Source: an uncultured Hyphomicrobiales bacterium
GTDB taxonomy: Bacteria; Bacteroidota; Ignavibacteria; Kapaibacteriales; UBA2268
Length of the DNA: 64,000 nt
Direction of reading: 5' to 3'
Assembly (NCBI GenBank): GCA_964645005.1
Contig: CAZXYS010000010.1
Coordinates: 10,709-74,708 of the forward strand
Shown: in pieces, positions 59,200 to 64,000 of the stretch
How positions within the stretch are numbered: position 1 is the first letter of the stretch
Layout: each line of letters opens with the position of its first letter
Translations under genes and position numbers: made by a program
Notes under the pieces: model-generated
The model's database searches: none
The model's input: only the letters and a program-made list of their open reading frames with translations
Told to the model about the DNA's origin: nothing

Positions 59200-59360
59200 G
59201 AACAATGGCTAAGGAATTCATCATTACGAACGGAATGAATTGAGTTGAGGTATCCTGGATGCCCGTAGATACCGGATTATTCGATACGCTCAAAATGATG
59301 TTTACAAGGCACCGACTTGTTGGACAACATGTAATTAATCGAAAAAATTGATTTAAACCT

Positions 59361-60101
59361 ATGGCTAAGAGAAAAGAAGAAATGGAAATAATCTTCGATG
59401 ATGAAGATATTATAGTAATATCAAAACCGGCAAATGAATTAACTATACCGGACAGATTCAACAAAGCTCTGGCAAATGTCCTTCAGGAGCTCAGGGAGCA
59501 ATTTGATAACGTGTTGACAGTCCACAGGCTCGACAAAGAGACGAGCGGCGTGATGGTTTTTGCAAGAACCAAGGAAGCTCATAAGGAGCTTAACCGTCAG
59601 TTCCTTGAGAAGGAGGTGGATAAGACCTACCATGCGATAGTTTCCGGCATTCCGGACGGAGATGAACTTCCCATAGATATACCGCTGCTGCCCCATCCCT
59701 CGAAAAAAGGGCAGATGATCCCCTCGGTCAGAGGAAAGGAATCTTTGACCTATATAAAAGTTTTAGAGCGATTCCGCCATGCCACATTGATAGAAGCAAA
59801 GCCGGAAACAGGTCGCCAGCACCAGATAAGAGTGCATTGCTCGGCTGTTGGTTATCCGCTGCTTACAGATGAACTGTATGGAAAAAATAATAAATTTTAT
59901 GTCTCATCGGTTAAGAAGAAATTCAATCTGAAAAAGGGAACCGAGGAACATCCTATTCTATCGAGGCTTAGCCTGCATGCTTATAATATTGAATTCAGCC
60001 ATCCACTTACCAGCGAGAGAATAAATTTCACTTCGGATTACCCAAAAGATTTTAAGGCTGCGCTTCAGGTACTCAGAAAATATTCCTATATGGAAATATA
60101 A
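59361..60101 (+). CDS. RluA-family pseudouridine synthase
   Basis: VHRLDKETSG, TGRQHQIRVH, LHA. Confidence 0.93.
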   Translation: MAKRKEEMEIIFDDEDIIVISKPANELTIPDRFNKALANVLQELREQFDNVLTVHRLDKETSGVMVFARTKEAHKELNRQFLEKEVDKTYHAIVSGIPDGDELPIDIPLLPHPSKKGQMIPSVRGKESLTYIKVLERFRHATLIEAKPETGRQHQIRVHCSAVGYPLLTDELYGKNNKFYVSSVKKKFNLKKGTEEHPILSRLSLHAYNIEFSHPLTSERINFTSDYPKDFKAALQVLRKYSYMEI

Positions 60102-60176
60102 TTTCATTAAAACCAAGATATTATGCAAAATCAGTATAATAACTGAACGTCTCATATTCAGATATTTAATTTTTTT

Positions 60177-60210
60177 TGTAACTTTTCACTATCTCACTGT
60201 TTCTTTTAAT
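60177..60210 (+). promoter_or_regulatory. Putative ECF-dependent promoter
   Basis: TGTAACTTTT-N12-GTTTCTTTTA, matching the motif at 29722. Confidence 0.4.
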
Positions 60211-60287
60211 TGGAAAAATGTGCAACTTTGTAATTTGTACATTTACAAAATGCGAAATATCAATATTATTAATAAAAAGGTGTAACG

Positions 60288-63269
60288 ATGATTAAAAAGA
60301 TACCTGTATTAATTATTATATCAATTGGTCTTGTATGTGGCTCACTTTTGGAAGCGCAGCTTGTTCGAAAAGATATACCAATATATCTGAAAAATAAGAA
60401 AGATCTTACAAAAACTGAGCAACATTATCTGAATCATGGATATACGAATGTCGTTAAAGGCGGACCAATCCCCGACTGGGTTTTCGAAGAATTCAAGAAA
60501 AATCCGCCGGAAGACAGAATATTAAATGAGGATGTAGGATTTGAATTGGTAAACATTTCTCAGGCGGCTTCTCATCAGAGTGAAACCTGGATAGCTATAA
60601 ATCCGAAAAACCCTGACAATATCATTGCGACATGCAACGATGGCAGAGGATTTCGCCCTGATTACACTATGTATGGCTGGGTTACAAAAGATGGAGGCAA
60701 AACCTGGGAAGAATTTGAAACGCCTGAAATGCTAAGGGATGATGGCTCAGTTATTGAGCCTCCCAACGGTAACAAATGGGCTATGACTATTTTTGATCCC
60801 GGCATAACTTTCGATACTCGCGGTTATGCATATTATTCTTATGGCTTTACGCAAACTCAAGGTGAAAGAGGAGAAGAAGAGAACGGTGTATTTATTAATC
60901 GCTCTACTGATGGCGGATTAACATGGGAATATCCACCATCAGTTGCTGCACTTGAGCTGGGTGAGCAGGAAAAGCCATTTAACGATAGATTCACAATTAC
61001 TTCAGACATATTTGAAGATTCTCCTTTTACTGATAATTTGTATATATCCTGGCAGCGTTTTGTAATAAATGACGGATGTGTGTTCTCTGTAAAGGAAAAG
61101 AATAAATCTTCCTGGTCTCCTGCTCAGAAAGTCGAAGGATCTAGTCGTGGAACTCAATCACCTGTTCCTGTAGTCGGACCGGATGGAGTTGTATATCTTA
61201 CTTTTCGCAGAGGTAAAGGAGAAAATCAAACTGAAGCCGTTTTTCAGAAATCAACAGACGGAGGCAAAACCTGGCTATTCAATTCTATTGTAGCTCAGGA
61301 AGTTTTCACTATCGGCGAAGACTTAGCCAGTTCACAGAATCCGTACGCTATCAGGAGAGTATTATCGGACAAGCAGGATATGCGTGTATCTTCACAACCG
61401 GTTATAGCTGTTGACAATTCTGATGGTCCAAGACGCGGCTGGATTTATATCGTACAGTCCGGGGATAACAAAAGTGGTCAATGTGGTCTGTATCTGGCGA
61501 AATCGACAGATGGTGGAGATACATGGCAAAGCAATATCAGAATAGACGATAATGAACTCAGAAATGACATATTTTTCCCTTCAATTTCTGTTGATCCAAT
61601 AACAGGCGAAATCGCAATATTTTATTATAGCTCCCAGAATGATCCTAACAATCAAGGAGTAGATGGCTATTTGGCTTATTCGAATGACGGCGAGAACTTT
61701 AAAAATATAAGAATTACACCGGAAACATGGTATCTTGATAATTCAAATGATGTATTTCCTCAAGGTGTGGATAATAACTTATATTGGGGAGATTATACAT
61801 CAGTAGCTTCTTATAATGGAAAGATTTATCCATGCTTTTGGATGCCTCAGCCATTAGAATCTAGTTTTCACAATTTGGAGCTGTTCACTGTGGAACTTTC
61901 TGCAAAGCCCCAGCCTGTAGATAAACTTTCTGCAGAAAGTAACTACCAGAATCCCACACAGGCTGTTCTTTCATGGGATGATCCTGAAGAAAATCTCTTG
62001 GGCGGCAGCTTATCTGACTTTAGCATATTAATCTTAAGGGATGGAAATCAAGTTGCCGAAGTCGAAAATGGAACTGAAGAATATGTCGATGAAGGATTGG
62101 TTGACGGTACCTCATACACATATCAGGTAATTGCCAAAAACAGTAAAGGCAGAAGTCTTGCCAAATCGGTTTCTTTATTTGCAGGGGGGGCCCCTGTCCC
62201 GAGAAAGATAGAAACCTTCATGCCAAAACCTGCTGGGAATGGAATAAATGTAGTTTGGGAAAATCCGTCAGAACATATTGACGGCTCCTATGCGCATGAC
62301 CTTAATAAAGTTGAGATCTACGTTGACGGAGAATTAAATAAAACCGTATCTGAAGGTATTCAAGCTGACGAAATGCAGTCAACATTACTTGAACTTGAGA
62401 CCGAAAAATTTTATAAAGTCGAGCTAAGGATTGGTACAATGCGATCCGGCGAACAATATTACGGAGAAATTTCAAAGGAGATAATTGCTTATTCGGGCGC
62501 TCCTTTAAGGGAGCTTAATGAAGATTTTGAAGATGAGTCTAATGTAATTCCTTTCTATTCCGATGGGAAATGGGGGCTTACGCAGGAAGCTGCAAATTCA
62601 GGCTCAACCTGTTTGACTGATTCTCCTGGTGAAAATTATGAGAATAATCAGAAAAACACAATGTTCATGGTCCCCATAGTTATTCAACAGGACAAATTCA
62701 ATTTGAATTTCCACCACATGGCATTGATAGATCGAAATGACTCGGATTTTGGAACTGTAAATATTTCATCAGACTTTGGAAATACCTGGGAGAATATTAT
62801 CTGGACTGATGAAAGGACTAATCCGGATAAGTTCAAAGGAGACATTCAAAGCAGTGAATTTGATTTTATTGAAACGGAATTAGACGAATATATGGGTGAC
62901 ACTCTCTTTGTGAGATTTAGGATTACTGCCGGATTGTTTGGCAATGCTCCGGGTTGGTTCATCGATGATTTGAAGTTAGATGATCTCGTCAGTGTAGAAA
63001 GAAATATCAATAACCATTATATTGATGTAGCTCCCAATCCTGTGCGGAATACTCTAAATATTTCCATGAGCGCAAGGGAACCCGGTCATATCAATATCAG
63101 CATTTATGATAATCTCGGGAACAAAATCATAGACGTGAAAGAAGGAATGATAGATGCGGGGCGGCGCAATTACATCATTGATGTCAGCAATTTAACTAAT
63201 GGTGTATATTATTTAAGATCGAAACTTGACGAAAACAACAAGACCACTCCCATAATTGTGAATAAATAA
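60288..63269 (+). CDS. Secreted T9SS cargo with BNR/Asp-box (sialidase-like) propeller, Fn3, MAM-like domain and CTD
   Basis: TKDGGKTW, STDGGLTW, STDGGKTW, STDGGDTW, WGDY; 'GWFIDDL'; 'VAPNPV...TNGVYYL'. Confidence 0.85.
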   Translation: MIKKIPVLIIISIGLVCGSLLEAQLVRKDIPIYLKNKKDLTKTEQHYLNHGYTNVVKGGPIPDWVFEEFKKNPPEDRILNEDVGFELVNISQAASHQSETWIAINPKNPDNIIATCNDGRGFRPDYTMYGWVTKDGGKTWEEFETPEMLRDDGSVIEPPNGNKWAMTIFDPGITFDTRGYAYYSYGFTQTQGERGEEENGVFINRSTDGGLTWEYPPSVAALELGEQEKPFNDRFTITSDIFEDSPFTDNLYISWQRFVINDGCVFSVKEKNKSSWSPAQKVEGSSRGTQSPVPVVGPDGVVYLTFRRGKGENQTEAVFQKSTDGGKTWLFNSIVAQEVFTIGEDLASSQNPYAIRRVLSDKQDMRVSSQPVIAVDNSDGPRRGWIYIVQSGDNKSGQCGLYLAKSTDGGDTWQSNIRIDDNELRNDIFFPSISVDPITGEIAIFYYSSQNDPNNQGVDGYLAYSNDGENFKNIRITPETWYLDNSNDVFPQGVDNNLYWGDYTSVASYNGKIYPCFWMPQPLESSFHNLELFTVELSAKPQPVDKLSAESNYQNPTQAVLSWDDPEENLLGGSLSDFSILILRDGNQVAEVENGTEEYVDEGLVDGTSYTYQVIAKNSKGRSLAKSVSLFAGGAPVPRKIETFMPKPAGNGINVVWENPSEHIDGSYAHDLNKVEIYVDGELNKTVSEGIQADEMQSTLLELETEKFYKVELRIGTMRSGEQYYGEISKEIIAYSGAPLRELNEDFEDESNVIPFYSDGKWGLTQEAANSGSTCLTDSPGENYENNQKNTMFMVPIVIQQDKFNLNFHHMALIDRNDSDFGTVNISSDFGNTWENIIWTDERTNPDKFKGDIQSSEFDFIETELDEYMGDTLFVRFRITAGLFGNAPGWFIDDLKLDDLVSVERNINNHYIDVAPNPVRNTLNISMSAREPGHINISIYDNLGNKIIDVKEGMIDAGRRNYIIDVSNLTNGVYYLRSKLDENNKTTPIIVNK

Positions 63270-63276
63270 AATACAT

Positions 63277-63333
63277 TAAGGCTGCCCTGATAAACCTGAA
63301 AATCAGTTTTTCTAAAGGGCAGCCTTATTTTTT
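63277..63333 (+). terminator. Rho-independent terminator
   Basis: TAAGGCTGCCCT/AGGGCAGCCTTA perfect 12-bp inverted repeat followed by a T-run. Confidence 0.7.
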
Positions 63334-63366
63334 GTAAATTTTTTCGATTAAATCTTATCAAAATTT

Positions 63367-64000
63367 ATGGCTCCGGCAAAGAAAAAAAATAAATTCTCTG
63401 GCATAGAGAAAAATAGGAAGAAAAATAAGCCTAATGAAAGTAACAGCGCTTCAGTAGAGAGTAAAAGGAATAATTCCGCTGATAACAAAAAAAGAAAACA
63501 GCCCGATAAAAAGGGGCAGCAACAAACGAAAAAAAACAGGCAAAAATCCGACAATCAGCAAAGTAAAAAACAAAAGCATCATAACTATCGAAAAACAAAA
63601 CAGCAGCAACAAAGGAAACAACAGAAGAAACCGAAGCAGCAACAAGAGAGAACCCAAAAAAGTCAGGATAAAAAAATCCCTCAAAAAAAGAAAGTTGAGA
63701 AGATATTAAAAGTCTCGCCAAAGATCATACTTTCAAAAAATGAAAGACGGGATGAATATCTAAGTCAATTCATTACCAGAATTGAGAATTTTATAAATCA
63801 GAAGCTTTTTATTGAAGATGGTTCCAGAATGATCGTAGCAGTTAGCGGAGGTGTGGATTCAGCAGTACTGCTTGATTCGTTAATGGTTTTGACTGAAACT
63901 CATCATTATAATCTTACTGTAGCTCATTACAATCATAATCTCAGAGGAAGTTCCTCTGACAGAGACGAAGAATTTGTCAAGAATTTGGCAAAGAAATACG
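63367..64000 (+). CDS. tilS: tRNA(Ile)-lysidine synthase, 3'-partial, with long basic low-complexity N-terminal extension
   Basis: Uninterrupted frame from ATG 63367 to the window end; IVAVSGGVDS, AHYNHNLRG..SDRDEEFV. Confidence 0.88.
   Translation, partial: MAPAKKKNKFSGIEKNRKKNKPNESNSASVESKRNNSADNKKRKQPDKKGQQQTKKNRQKSDNQQSKKQKHHNYRKTKQQQQRKQQKKPKQQQERTQKSQDKKIPQKKKVEKILKVSPKIILSKNERRDEYLSQFITRIENFINQKLFIEDGSRMIVAVSGGVDSAVLLDSLMVLTETHHYNLTVAHYNHNLRGSSSDRDEEFVKNLAKKY

Noticed and set aside
63348..63721. Phe-rich minus-strand ORFs
   Set aside because: Complement of the Lys-rich tilS extension.

Overview
Bacterial chromosome segment, most likely FCB superphylum (Kapabacteria/Ignavibacteria-like). 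The basis is TAnnTTTG-type promoters together with clear Shine-Dalgarno sites, many T9SS C-terminal-domain (CTD) proteins, a PorV-like barrel and a GWxTD protein. Housekeeping genes: prs, rplY, tRNA-Gln, tsaB, tsaA, tag, kynU, lpxK, lpxB, dnaE, folD, an RluA-family gene and a partial tilS. These are interspersed with large secreted proteins. No CRISPR array, rRNA, integrase, transposase or reverse transcriptase was seen. Best candidates for undescribed biology: (1) a cassette of ECF sigma, barrel-tipped anti-sigma, BNR-CTD protein, TonB-dependent receptor, 1524-aa CTD-like protein, PorV-like barrel and GWxTD protein (29.8-44.5 kb); (2) a CTD-bearing small protein and a CTD-less IPT/FISUMP protein sharing a ~25-aa module, possibly piggy-back display (8.3-11.4 kb); (3) an orphan three-gene block with a structured leader, a putative antisense sRNA and a Cys-rich protein (4.6-8.3 kb); (4) a half ClpB with its own RBS; (5) TilS with a ~130-aa K/Q/N-rich N-terminal extension. 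Several deletion-type pseudogenes and at least four REP/MITE-like repeat families are also present. All calls come from reading motifs by eye; no database searches were run.
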